Below, piece after piece: positions 18,678 through 28,117 of a stretch of 64,000 nt of DNA. Location of the stretch: positions 19,066-83,065 of the forward strand of contig CAVVEI010000012.1 of assembly GCA_963747275.1 (NCBI GenBank), given 5' to 3'. Each line of letters opens with the position of its first letter. Position 1 is the first letter of the stretch. The stretch comes from an uncultured Actinomycetes bacterium (GTDB lineage Bacteria; Actinomycetota; Thermoleophilia; RBG-16-64-13). The notes under the pieces are model-generated. The model saw nothing but the letters and a program-made list of their open reading frames with translations. It searched no databases and was not told where the DNA came from. Position numbers and translations under genes: made by a program.

Positions 18678-20374
18678 CTACCGCAGAACTGAAGCAGCTC
18701 CGTGGCGAGATAGTCGGCATCGCGGAGCACACCAACTTCAGCCGCGCCTCTCTGGTGCCCATCCTGCGCTTTATCAAGGAGAAGTACCGAGGCATCGACT
18801 CTGAGGCCATGCAGATCGCCGCCGACGTCTTGCGCATCGCCCCCGTAGAGGTCGACGCAGTCTCCACCTTCTACTCCTTCCTGAGCCCTGAAGTGCAAGG
18901 TCAGTTCGTGTTCCGGCTCTGCCAGACCTACTCCTGCGAGCTCGCGGGCAAGCAAGAGGTCGTGGCTCAGCTGGAGAAAGACTTGGGCATCAAGGTCGGC
19001 GAGACCTCGGCCGACGGAGCCTTCAGCCTGGAGTTCGCGAACTGTATGGGCATGTGCGACCAAGGGCCGGCTATGCTGGTGAACGACGAGCTCTACGCCA
19101 AACTGACGCCCAACAAGGTGCACGAGATAGTGGCCCACTACCGCAAGCGCCTTACCGACGACAAAGGCGCCACCCAGGCCGGCGCCACGCTCACCGCGGC
19201 GCTGCCCGAGGCCGCCAACCAGCTCACTTTTGCGGGGATCACCCCCGACGACGGGCTCAAGAAGGCGCTCGCCATGGGCCGCGGCGACTTGGTCGACCTG
19301 GTGCGCGACTCCAAACTCAAGGGGCGTGGCGGCGCGGGCTTTCCCACCGGCATCAAGTGGGACCTGGCGGCCGCCGAGAAGCGGCGCCCCAAGTACATCA
19401 TGTGTAACGCCGACGAGGGCGAGCCCGGCACCTTCAAAGACCGGCTGATACTCAGCCAGTACGCCGACCTGGTGATGGAGGGCATGACCATCGGCGCGCG
19501 GGCCATCGGCGCAGCGCTCGGGCTCATATACCTCCGCGCCGAGTACGCCTACCTGCGGCCACACCTGCTGGAGGTCATCGCGCGGCGCCGCGAGGCCGGC
19601 CTTCTGGGTCAGAACATCGGCGGCATCGAGGACTTCAACTTCAACATAATGGTGGCCATGGGCGCCGGCGCGTACGTGTGCGGCGAAGAGACGGCCCTTA
19701 TCGAATCCCTTGAGGGCTTCCGCGGCGAGCCGCGCAACCGCCCGCCCTTCCCGGTGGTCTCGGGCTTTCTCAACCGGCCCTCGGTGGTCAACAATGTCGA
19801 GACCCTGGCCTGGGTGCCCTGCATCCTCTCCAAGGGCGTGGACTGGTTCAAGAGCGTGGGCACCGACGCCTCCAAGGGCCACAAGCTGTTCAGCATCTCC
19901 GGCGATTGCGAGCGCCCCGGCGTGTATGAGTTCCCCTTCGGCATCACGGTAGCCGAGTTGCTGAAGACCGTAGGCGGCGAGAACGCCAAGGCCGTGCAGA
20001 TAGGCGGCGCCTCCGGGCGCTGCGTACCGCGTAAGGACTTCGAACGCCGCTTGGCCTTCGAAGACATCGCCACCGGCGGCTCGCTGATAGTCATCGGCCC
20101 TGCCCGCGACATGCTCGATCTGGCCCGCAACCTGATGGAGTTCTTCGTCGACGAGTCGTGCGGCCAGTGCACACCCTGCCGGGTGGGCAACCATAAGCTG
20201 CTGGAAGGGGTAGAGATGCTCCAAGCCGGCACCTGCACCGACGAGTACCTAGATGAATTGAGGGGTCTCGCCAACACCATGCAGGTCGCCTCCAAGTGCG
20301 GCCTGGGACAGGCCAGTTCGGTGGCGCTACTTTCTATACTCGAGCACTTCGGAGATGAGATCCATGCCCGATAA
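18674..20374 (+). CDS. NuoE-NuoF fusion flavoprotein (diaphorase subunit of second [FeFe]-hydrogenase)
   Basis: NuoE part: SLVPILRFIKEKY, STFYSF, FRLCQTYSCEL, ANCMGMCDQGPA. NuoF part: GRGGAGFPTGIKW, IMCNADEGEPGTF, ESCGQCTPCRVG, KCGLGQ. No C-terminal ferredoxin or GltD module. Confidence 0.85.
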   Translation: MTTAELKQLRGEIVGIAEHTNFSRASLVPILRFIKEKYRGIDSEAMQIAADVLRIAPVEVDAVSTFYSFLSPEVQGQFVFRLCQTYSCELAGKQEVVAQLEKDLGIKVGETSADGAFSLEFANCMGMCDQGPAMLVNDELYAKLTPNKVHEIVAHYRKRLTDDKGATQAGATLTAALPEAANQLTFAGITPDDGLKKALAMGRGDLVDLVRDSKLKGRGGAGFPTGIKWDLAAAEKRRPKYIMCNADEGEPGTFKDRLILSQYADLVMEGMTIGARAIGAALGLIYLRAEYAYLRPHLLEVIARRREAGLLGQNIGGIEDFNFNIMVAMGAGAYVCGEETALIESLEGFRGEPRNRPPFPVVSGFLNRPSVVNNVETLAWVPCILSKGVDWFKSVGTDASKGHKLFSISGDCERPGVYEFPFGITVAELLKTVGGENAKAVQIGGASGRCVPRKDFERRLAFEDIATGGSLIVIGPARDMLDLARNLMEFFVDESCGQCTPCRVGNHKLLEGVEMLQAGTCTDEYLDELRGLANTMQVASKCGLGQASSVALLSILEHFGDEIHAR

Positions 20375-22292
20375 GTCGACCCTCCCAACCAGACGAGCTC
20401 CGCTCAGCCAGCTCTTTCAGCCCGACCTGGAGCCCGAGGCTCCGGCGGCGGACGCAATCGGGGCCACTATCCCGGTCACCATAGACGGCATCGAGACCAA
20501 GGTGCCTATGGGCACCACCATCCTCGAGGCAGCCAAGGCCCTGGGCGTGCGCATACCCACTCTCTGCTACCACCCGGACCTCGAAGTGGCCGGCATCTGC
20601 CGCATCTGCGTGGTCGAGGTGGAGGGGCAGCGGAACCTGCAGGCCGCGTGCGCCTACCCGATCACGGCACCGCTCAAGGTGAACACCTACTCCAAGGCGG
20701 TGCGCATCGCCCGCCGGCATGTTCTCGACCTGCTGCTCAGTGAGCACTGCGGCGACTGCTACGCCTGCATCCGCAACGGTCACTGCGAACTCCAGGCCCT
20801 GGCCGAAGAATACGGAGTGGACAAGTTCCGGTTCGGGCACGAGGAGGTCCCCGTTCCGGTGGACGAATCGAGCTACTCGGTCGTCCGCGACATGAACAAG
20901 TGCATCCGCTGCCGCCGTTGCGTACGCACCTGCATCGACATGCAGGAGGTGGGCGTGCTGGAGGCCACCAACCGCTCCAACCGGGTGGACGTCTCTACCT
21001 TCAAGCACATCCCCTTGGCCGAGGCCGTCTGCATCAACTGCGGACAGTGCATAAACCGCTGCCCCACCGCTGCGCTCTACGCGCATCCGGCATTGGCACC
21101 CGTCTGGCAGGCCTTGGACGATCCGACCAAGCATGTGGTGGTACAGACTGCCCCGTCGCCGCGGGCAGCCATGGGCGAGATGTTCGGCCTAGAGCCAGGC
21201 ACCACCGTCACCTACCAGATGAACACGGCCCTCAGGCGCATGGGCTTCGACCACGTGTTCGACACCAACTTCACCGCCGACCTCACCATAATCGAGGAGG
21301 GTACCGAGCTCCTGCTGAGGCTGCACAAGGCCTTGGTCGAAGGTGACACGAAGGCGGCCCTGCCCCAGTTCACCAGCTGCTCACCGGGTTGGGTGAAGTA
21401 TTGCGAGCACTTCTATCCCGAGTACATCCCCAACCTCTCCACGGCCAAGTCGCCACAACAGATGTTCGGGGCGCTCATCAAGACCTTCTACGCGCAGAAG
21501 ATGGGTGTAGACCCCAAGGACATAGTCAGCGTGGCCATCATGCCCTGCTCGGCCAAGAAGTTCGAGTGCAACCGCCCCGAGATGAACGCCTCGGGCTATC
21601 AGGACGTCGACTTCGGCCTGACCACCCGCGAGCTGGGCGCCATGTTCCGGCAGGCCGGCCTCGATGTGCCGTCGCTGCCCCGCTCTGACTTCGACGACCC
21701 GTTCGGCGGAGCCACCGGCTCCGGCCTCATCTTCGGAGCAACGGGCGGGGTCATGGAGTCGGCTCTGCGCACGGTCATCGAGTTGGTGACCGGCCAGAAG
21801 GTGGAGAACCTCTATGAACACGGCGACATCTTGCCCGTCCGCGGTTTCGACGGCGTCCGTTACGCGGAGCTCAAGATCCAAGAGGTCGGTCCGGTACCCG
21901 AGCTACTCGCGCACCTGGTGCCCAACTGGAACTGGCTCAAGGGAGCCACCCTCAAGGTGGCCGTGGCCCACGGCACCGCCAACGCCCACAAGGTGATGGA
22001 AGACATCAAGGCCGGCGGCAAGTTCGCGGAGTGCCACTTCATAGAGTTCATGGCCTGCCCGGGCGGATGCCTGGGCGGTGGCGGCCAGCCCATGCCCACC
22101 AATGCAGAGATCCGGGCGGCGAGGGCCAAGGCCATCTACGGCGAAGACCGGCAGATGACCGTGCGCAAGTCGTACGAGAACCCGGCGGTGCTGCGCGTCT
22201 ACAAGGAGTTCCTCACCGACGGACCCTGCGGGCACAAGAGCCACCAACTGCTGCACACGCACTACACCAACCGCGGCAAACACATCTCGTAG
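20355..22292 (+). CDS. hydA: [FeFe]-hydrogenase catalytic subunit, second paralogue
   Basis: Alternative start at ATG 20364 (GGAG upstream). CYHPDLEVAGICRIC, CIRCRRCVRTC, CINCGQCINRCP. L1 FTSCSPGW (non-canonical), L2 IMPCSAKKFE, L3 EFMACPGGCLGGGGQP. C-terminal small-subunit-like tail. Confidence 0.9.
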   Translation: MRSMPDKSTLPTRRAPLSQLFQPDLEPEAPAADAIGATIPVTIDGIETKVPMGTTILEAAKALGVRIPTLCYHPDLEVAGICRICVVEVEGQRNLQAACAYPITAPLKVNTYSKAVRIARRHVLDLLLSEHCGDCYACIRNGHCELQALAEEYGVDKFRFGHEEVPVPVDESSYSVVRDMNKCIRCRRCVRTCIDMQEVGVLEATNRSNRVDVSTFKHIPLAEAVCINCGQCINRCPTAALYAHPALAPVWQALDDPTKHVVVQTAPSPRAAMGEMFGLEPGTTVTYQMNTALRRMGFDHVFDTNFTADLTIIEEGTELLLRLHKALVEGDTKAALPQFTSCSPGWVKYCEHFYPEYIPNLSTAKSPQQMFGALIKTFYAQKMGVDPKDIVSVAIMPCSAKKFECNRPEMNASGYQDVDFGLTTRELGAMFRQAGLDVPSLPRSDFDDPFGGATGSGLIFGATGGVMESALRTVIELVTGQKVENLYEHGDILPVRGFDGVRYAELKIQEVGPVPELLAHLVPNWNWLKGATLKVAVAHGTANAHKVMEDIKAGGKFAECHFIEFMACPGGCLGGGGQPMPTNAEIRAARAKAIYGEDRQMTVRKSYENPAVLRVYKEFLTDGPCGHKSHQLLHTHYTNRGKHIS

Positions 22293-22295
22293 TGT

Positions 22296-22443
22296 AAGGG
22301 GGCAGGCTGCCCGCTCGAAACCGCGTTCGAGTGGGTCAGCCCACCCTCTGCGCTCGAAACCGCGTTCGAGTACTCGCGACCATCCGAGCCCAGAGGGTGG
22401 GCTGACACTTTCTAGGGGCAATCTCGCAAGTTGCCTGCCCCCT
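22296..22443. repeat. nested inverted/direct repeat element between convergent genes (possible bidirectional terminator or miniature repeat element)
   Basis: Outer arms aGGGGGCAGGC (22297-22307) and GCCTGCCCCCt (22433-22443). Perfect 16-bp arms GTCAGCCCACCCTCTG (22335-22350) and CAGAGGGTGGGCTGAC (22391-22406). A 21-nt direct repeat CGCTCGAAACCGCGTTCGAGT occurs at 22312 and 22351. Each copy is itself a hairpin (CTCGAA-accgcg-TTCGAG). Confidence 0.6.
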
Positions 22444-22492
22444 CACCACTCTTCGCAATCGCCATGCTCCGCGCAGCTGCTCGGCGAAGCCC

Positions 22493-23074
22493 CTATTCCT
22501 TGGCCGGGGCCTCGTCCGCCGCCTGGGCTTGCTCTGTGAGTTGAGGCTGGTCAGTCGTCGCAGCCTCGGGCTTCGCGCTCTCTTTGGCTTCGGAGACCCG
22601 CGGTGCGTCAGCGATTCTAACCTCGGGCGCAGGCTGCGCGGGCTTCACTTCCATCGCGGGAGTCCCGATAGTCGGCACCTGCCTCAAGGCCCTTAGCTTG
22701 CGGTCGCTGGTGATCGCCCGGCCCGCCAGGGTGGCTATCAGGAAGAAGCCCACCACACCTATCGATATCCAGAGGTAGTCAGACTGAAAGGGGGTCAAGA
22801 GCGGCGTCCTCAGACTGGAAAGGCCGGGGTCCGCCGCAAAGAGCCCCCTGACCACGCCCAGACCGATGAGCAAGAGCAGTGACTGCCAATAGCGCCTGAT
22901 CAGCGGCCAGACGAAGCCCAGTAGACCTGCGCCTATGACCGTCACCAGGTTGAGCACCGGCTTCGCGCTGTCCATATCCGTGCCCACATCGTGGGTCATA
23001 TAGAAGACCGTGGCCACGAAGGCCCCGACCACCACAAAGAGAATCACTCTGCATAGCCAGACAAGAAGACGCAT
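22493..23074 (-). CDS. hypothetical integral membrane protein (about 4 TM) with acidic/Ala-Pro-rich tail
   Basis: Strong SD GGAGGGAG. Hydrophobic segments VILFVVVGAFVATVFY, LVTVIGAGLLGFVW, SLLLLIGLGVV and ISIGVVGFFLIATLAG. No recognisable family. Confidence 0.6.
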   Translation of the reverse strand: MRLLVWLCRVILFVVVGAFVATVFYMTHDVGTDMDSAKPVLNLVTVIGAGLLGFVWPLIRRYWQSLLLLIGLGVVRGLFAADPGLSSLRTPLLTPFQSDYLWISIGVVGFFLIATLAGRAITSDRKLRALRQVPTIGTPAMEVKPAQPAPEVRIADAPRVSEAKESAKPEAATTDQPQLTEQAQAADEAPAKE

Positions 23075-23258
23075 ATAGCTCCCTCCTCAGAGAGTGTCGC
23101 GCTTACCCACTCCGGACGCCGGCCGCCGATAACGGACCGGCCACCAAGGGTTGTTCCCGAGTTGAGTCTCTCACAATCGCCCCCTCTGGGCTCAAGTCCG
23201 CTGTTAACAGGGCCGATACTCTCGCTATCGACAAAGTACGCGCGTCTGGGCAAGGGGT

Positions 23259-24836
23259 ATGGCTGACAAGATCGTTCTACTAGATGGGGGCCGCACCCAC
23301 GACATCGTGCTCTTGGAGGGTACCGACCCTTTCTTGGTGCGCCTCCTTGGGTCGGCTCCTTCACGTCCGGCCGTGACGTTTCTTCGCACCATGCAGAACG
23401 CCGAGGGCAGGCAATGCGTGGGGGTCTTCATAGGCGACCAACATGTCGGCTACCTCTCCGAGGAAACCGCCCACGGGGTGTCGGCCACTATCCAGGCCTG
23501 TGAGCTCGATGGCGCGGTTGCGAGGGCACGAGGCGACCTGATAGCCGCCTGGGACCGACCGGGCAAGGTGAACCTCAGAGTGAACCTGGCCGATCCTCAG
23601 AATCTGCTCTGCGTACCTGAATCCGAGTCGGAGAACCGGCCGATCGATCTGCTGCAGGCGGATTCAACAGAGAGACGGGGCCCTGCCCCCGGAGCAGCGG
23701 CCCTGCTCTTTGCCTCGTTGGATGACGTGCCAGACACCTGGGTCCCGTCCCTGGGCGCCCTCCCTTCTGACTCATCGCAGGACGCCTCGGTGCTTATGAG
23801 GGCCCCGACGACTCTCGAGGCGGCCTCCGAACCCGGAGTGCATTCTGGTTGGACCGAAGAATATCCGGAGTGGCCTTCTCCCAAGCCCAAGTCCATGACG
23901 GATGCGGAGCCGGCGACTTCACCGTCCCCACAGTCGCTCTTGGCCACCCGCGGGGTATGGTTGGGAGCTACTCCCACCCCTGCCCAAGCGCAGGGCACGG
24001 GTTGGCTGAGCTCGGCAGGAGAGGCATCGTCGGGCTCGAGCCTGGGCTCGACCGCCGCGGCGCCCCCAACGCCGGCCAATGGAGCCGCCCCATCTTGGCA
24101 AGACATGGCGGAGCGGACCCGCGCAGACCAGGGCGGCAGGGTCGACCCAGAAGGGGAGATAGTCGCCGCCTGGACTTCTTCGCCCCCCGCGCCGCAGTCG
24201 ACGCCATCGGTGCAGCCAAACGCGCGACCGAAGACGGCCAGGGCGTGGATGCTACCGGTGCTGGCCGTGCTGGGGGTCGTGGCGATCGCACTGGTGGTCT
24301 GGAAGTTCGAGTTTGCGCCCAAGACCTACACCAACGATACTTACGGCTACTCTTTCTCATATCCGGGGCGCTGGGAGATGGCAGACGAGACCGGCGTTTT
24401 CGCGGGCTTCACCGACCAGGCGTCGGGGGTCTCGCTACTCTCGATGTCGGCGGCCGGATATGGGATAGGCGATTCCAGGAAGCCCGACGAATTGGCAGCG
24501 GTGGGCGTGTTCATGTTCACACCCGGGGCGTTGGGTGATGAGTCGCAGTTGGGGACGACGATGCAGACCAACTACAGCCAAGCAGAACTCGCGGGCTCCG
24601 GAGTCACGATTATCGAGCCCGTAACCGCCGTCACTATCGGCGGCCTCCCTGGGTATCAGACGAGCCTCTCCATGGTCGCCGGCACTCTCTCTCTCAGTGC
24701 CACGCTTTGCATGTTGGTCGGCTCGGACTCAACCTACATGCTAATCGCTATGTCGACCTCCGACGAGTGGGCTGGAGCCCAGAAGGGCTTCGACCGCTTC
24801 TTCGACAGCTTCGAGCCTGGCGACGCAAGCGGTTAG
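23259..24836 (+). CDS. hypothetical single-pass membrane protein: N-terminal HIRAN-like region, Pro/Ser/Ala-rich linker, TM, extracytoplasmic PsbP/DcrB-like domain
   Basis: SD AAGGGG. N-terminus: VGVFIGDQHVGYLSEETAHGVSATIQ. TM: WMLPVLAVLGVVAIALVVW. C-terminus: YTNDTYGYSFSYPGRWEM. Domain calls are tentative. Confidence 0.55.
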   Translation: MADKIVLLDGGRTHDIVLLEGTDPFLVRLLGSAPSRPAVTFLRTMQNAEGRQCVGVFIGDQHVGYLSEETAHGVSATIQACELDGAVARARGDLIAAWDRPGKVNLRVNLADPQNLLCVPESESENRPIDLLQADSTERRGPAPGAAALLFASLDDVPDTWVPSLGALPSDSSQDASVLMRAPTTLEAASEPGVHSGWTEEYPEWPSPKPKSMTDAEPATSPSPQSLLATRGVWLGATPTPAQAQGTGWLSSAGEASSGSSLGSTAAAPPTPANGAAPSWQDMAERTRADQGGRVDPEGEIVAAWTSSPPAPQSTPSVQPNARPKTARAWMLPVLAVLGVVAIALVVWKFEFAPKTYTNDTYGYSFSYPGRWEMADETGVFAGFTDQASGVSLLSMSAAGYGIGDSRKPDELAAVGVFMFTPGALGDESQLGTTMQTNYSQAELAGSGVTIIEPVTAVTIGGLPGYQTSLSMVAGTLSLSATLCMLVGSDSTYMLIAMSTSDEWAGAQKGFDRFFDSFEPGDASG

Positions 24837-24938
24837 ACCGCGCCGCCCCACGCGACGCTTCCCACAGTAGAGCAATGGGTATAAGCTGTCGGCATGTACC
24901 CGGCCTCTCGGCATCAGATCTACGGGAAAGGATCTGCC

Positions 24939-25340
24939 ATGGGACTTCTCAAAGACCTCAAAGACATGAAGAACGTTGTCGCAGCCGCGCCTAGCATGGT
25001 CGAAGAAGCACAGAAGATGGCGGCCAACGCACAGACGATGGCTGCTCAACAGCAACAAGCCGCGGCAGCCATGATGGCTCAGCAGCAGCAGGCCGCGGCT
25101 GCACCCGCAGTGGGACCTGACTTCGATCCAGTCGCTGGGGTCAGCCTCGAGCAGTACGCCGAGGTGGCCAAGGGTCTGGCCGAGTACAACTACGACCAAG
25201 CCATGGCCGTCCAGATCGCAGGCATGAAGGGCATCGCCGCCGACGCCTGGCAGACCGCCTCCGATACTTGGACCGCGCGGATGAAGGCCAACCCTGCCGT
25301 CGCGCAACGCTTCAACGCCCTCTACACTGGTCGTGCGTGA
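24939..25340 (+). CDS. hypothetical protein (Gln/Ala-rich)
   Basis: ATG 24939 after GGAAAGGA. MGLLKDLKDMKNV..QQQQAAAAMMAQQQQAAAA. The stop overlaps the next start. The N-terminus resembles that of the next gene. Confidence 0.5.
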   Translation: MGLLKDLKDMKNVVAAAPSMVEEAQKMAANAQTMAAQQQQAAAAMMAQQQQAAAAPAVGPDFDPVAGVSLEQYAEVAKGLAEYNYDQAMAVQIAGMKGIAADAWQTASDTWTARMKANPAVAQRFNALYTGRA

Positions 25341-25738
25341 TGGGCTTTCTGGGTGACATAAACAAGCTGAACCAGCAGGCCAAGGAGATGAGCAAGGGCT
25401 GGGACCCCGGCGCACAGATGCAGGATGCGATGGCCAAGATGAAAGCGCTCAACGAGTCGATGAGTGACGCCAACCAGGCCATGACAGACGGGGTGCCAGG
25501 CACCGCGCAGGTCGTCGCTGTCGGGCCGAGCACCGGCATGGTGAACATGAACCCTCTGATGCAGGTGGAACTCCTTGTGACTCCGCAGGGCGGCATGCCC
25601 CGTCCCGTCTCCAGGCAGCTGCTCGTTCCGATGCAACACCTGGCGCGGCTGCAGGTCGGAGCCACACTCCCCGTCATGGTAAGCCAGTCTGACCCTGATG
25701 GTGTCGCGATTATGTGGGATCAGCCCGCGGCGATTTGA
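25340..25738 (+). CDS. hypothetical protein
   Basis: ATG 25340 overlaps the upstream TGA by 1 nt (GTGATG). MGFLGDINKLNQQAKEM.. The codon usage is GC3-rich like the neighbouring genes. Confidence 0.5.
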   Translation: MGFLGDINKLNQQAKEMSKGWDPGAQMQDAMAKMKALNESMSDANQAMTDGVPGTAQVVAVGPSTGMVNMNPLMQVELLVTPQGGMPRPVSRQLLVPMQHLARLQVGATLPVMVSQSDPDGVAIMWDQPAAI

Positions 25739-27180
25739 GCGAGAAGAAGCCACCGGCGAAGCGGAGCACGGGACGCATAGTCCTCTGGGTGAGCTTGAGC
25801 CTGGTGGTCGCGCTGCTGGTCGCGGCTGGTGGCTTCTATCTCTGGTATCAGAGCTTGGTACGATCTTCCAACGCCCGGGTGGGGCCGGAAGTGATTGCCG
25901 CACTGGGCGAACAGCCGACCTCCACGACGCTCGCAGGATCGCCCACCGGTGCGATGACTTTCGCAGACCCGGACAGCATGAACCTCGTGCTCCTGGGTTC
26001 GGACACGCGCTCGACCACCGGCAAGGGCGGCCGCTCTGACACCATCATCCTGGTGCACATCGACAGCAAGAACGACTTTCTCTCCCTGCTGTCCATACCC
26101 CGCGACCTGAGAGTCAAGATCCCCGGGAGAGGCTACAACAAGATCAACGCGGCCTATGCATACGGGGGTCCCGCGCTGGTTATTCGCACGGTCCAATCGG
26201 CCCTGGGCGTCGACCTCAACCACTTCGCCGAGACCGACTTCGGGGGTTTTAAGGCTATCGCCGACGCTCTCGGTGGAGTCTATGTGGACGTGGACCGCAC
26301 CTACGACGACGGCAAGATCCAACTGCGACCCGGATACCAGCTGCTTGACGGACAGAACGCCCTACGCTTCTGTAGAACAAGGCATGACCGCAACATCGAT
26401 TTCGGGCGTATGCAGAGGCAGCAACGCTTCCTGTCGGCCGTCCGCGAGCAGGCCATGGGCTGGAACCTCGCCTTCAAGCTGCCCTCGCTCATCCGCTCCA
26501 CCTTTGACAGCGTCGACACCGACCTCACCGCCAACGAGATACTCAGGCTGGCTTGGTGGGCGGTCAAGTTGGATGGCAGCCGCATGAAGATGACCACCCT
26601 CATCACCTCCACCGGTACCCTCGATGGCATTTCTTTCGTGCTCGCAACCGACAAACAGATCGCCTCCGCAGTCAATGACTTTCTCACCCCGCCGCGAGCC
26701 GTCGAGGCCGACGCCCAGACCGAGCCGCAGCTACTCCTTGCCGCTCAAAAGCTCGTGCCCGAGCCCCCCCGAGCTCCTCCGGCAGGCGATGCTTGGCGAA
26801 AACTTGAGGCCAAAGCGGGGTTCCCCCTGATGGCCCCCACCTACCTCCCACCCAAGTGCGCCTACTCATATCAGCGCAGCTACTCCCTCGGTTCCGGCGA
26901 ACACGCACGGCCCGCCGTCAGGGTAGGGTACCGGCTGGCCAAGAAAGACCAGTATCTGGGAGTGGGAGCTACCACTTGGCTGAAGGCACCTTTGGCCAGC
27001 GCCGGCAGAGAGGTAAGACTGGGCGGCACTGTGTTCACTATCGTCGGCACCGCCACCAAAGCGGACCACATATGGTGGATCAAGGACGACGTGCTCTACT
27101 GGGTCGCCAACACTCTAATGTACGAAGTCTCACGCGAACAATTGCTCGCTGTGGCCATCTCGGCCGTGAACGTCCGCTAG
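25714..27180 (+). CDS. LytR-CpsA-Psr (LCP) family cell-envelope phosphotransferase with C-terminal extension
   Basis: N-terminal TM (IVLWVSLSLVVALLVAAGGF). LCP core: NLVLLGSDTR..GRSDTIILVHID, LLSIPRDL, INAAYAYGG, GVDLNHFAETDFGGF, RFCRTRH..DFGRMQRQQ. The start is GTG 25714 or TTG 25735. Confidence 0.8.
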   Translation: MGSARGDLSEKKPPAKRSTGRIVLWVSLSLVVALLVAAGGFYLWYQSLVRSSNARVGPEVIAALGEQPTSTTLAGSPTGAMTFADPDSMNLVLLGSDTRSTTGKGGRSDTIILVHIDSKNDFLSLLSIPRDLRVKIPGRGYNKINAAYAYGGPALVIRTVQSALGVDLNHFAETDFGGFKAIADALGGVYVDVDRTYDDGKIQLRPGYQLLDGQNALRFCRTRHDRNIDFGRMQRQQRFLSAVREQAMGWNLAFKLPSLIRSTFDSVDTDLTANEILRLAWWAVKLDGSRMKMTTLITSTGTLDGISFVLATDKQIASAVNDFLTPPRAVEADAQTEPQLLLAAQKLVPEPPRAPPAGDAWRKLEAKAGFPLMAPTYLPPKCAYSYQRSYSLGSGEHARPAVRVGYRLAKKDQYLGVGATTWLKAPLASAGREVRLGGTVFTIVGTATKADHIWWIKDDVLYWVANTLMYEVSREQLLAVAISAVNVR

Positions 27181-28034
27181 GCCTTCCGCTTCACGAAAGT
27201 GCCCGCTTCGAGGTCTCCCCAGGCCTCTTCCAACTGCTCACGCGTGTTCATGACTATCGGGCCCGCCCAGGCGATCGGCTCACCCAGGGGCTTGCCCGAG
27301 ACCAACATGAAGCGCGCGCCCGACTCTCCCGCAGTCACGGTAACCTGATCGCCATCGCCGAACAGAATCAGCGTCCCGTGCCCGGCGGTGACTCGTTGCC
27401 CGGCGGCGCCAAAACTCCCCTCCCCCTCGAACAGATAGGCGAACACCGTGTGCCCCACCACCGTGGGATGGGTCCAGGTCACAGTTCGGTCGATCGTGAC
27501 ATCCAAGTACTCCGGGTCCACAGTGATGTCAGAGACCGGGCCCACCGTGTCGCCCACCCTTCCGGCTATTGCACGCACCCAGGCACCCTCCGCCTCCACC
27601 TCCGGTATCTCTGCAGCCTCGATGCCCCGGTAGCGTGGATCCCGCATCTTATGCGCAGCCGGCAGGTTGGCCCACAACTGAAAGCCGCCCATGCGGCCGC
27701 TCTCGAGCCCGCGGGGCATCTCCTGGTGGATGATGCCGCTACCGGCCGTCATCCATTGCACGTCCCCGGCACAGATGGTCCCTTTGTTGCCCATGGAGTC
27801 GCCATGGTCGACCTCGCCCTCGAGCATGTAAGTGATGGTCTCGATGCCCCGATGCGGATGCCACGGAAAGCCCAACTCGTAGTCGGTCGGCCGTTCACCC
27901 CGAAAATCGTCGAGCATCAGAAAGGGGTCGAAGAGAGTGTCGTCACCGTGCCCGAAAGCCCTCCGTAGGTGAACGCCGGCCCCCTCGATGGTGGGCACCG
28001 ACTCCCGCAGCAGTCTGATGTCGCGTGTGGCCAT
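27177..28034 (-). CDS. pirin-family protein
   Basis: ATG 28034 after GAAGGGG. FDPFLMLDDF, GFPWHPHRGIETITYMLEG, VQWMTAGSGIIHQEMP. Confidence 0.85.
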   Translation of the reverse strand: MATRDIRLLRESVPTIEGAGVHLRRAFGHGDDTLFDPFLMLDDFRGERPTDYELGFPWHPHRGIETITYMLEGEVDHGDSMGNKGTICAGDVQWMTAGSGIIHQEMPRGLESGRMGGFQLWANLPAAHKMRDPRYRGIEAAEIPEVEAEGAWVRAIAGRVGDTVGPVSDITVDPEYLDVTIDRTVTWTHPTVVGHTVFAYLFEGEGSFGAAGQRVTAGHGTLILFGDGDQVTVTAGESGARFMLVSGKPLGEPIAWAGPIVMNTREQLEEAWGDLEAGTFVKRKA

Positions 28035-28117
28035 GACATACCCCTTCACGATCACCTGTCCGGACGCCCAGGTAGCATTCCCGGTCGGCAGGGACAGCGA
28101 AACCTGGAGGTGTACAA

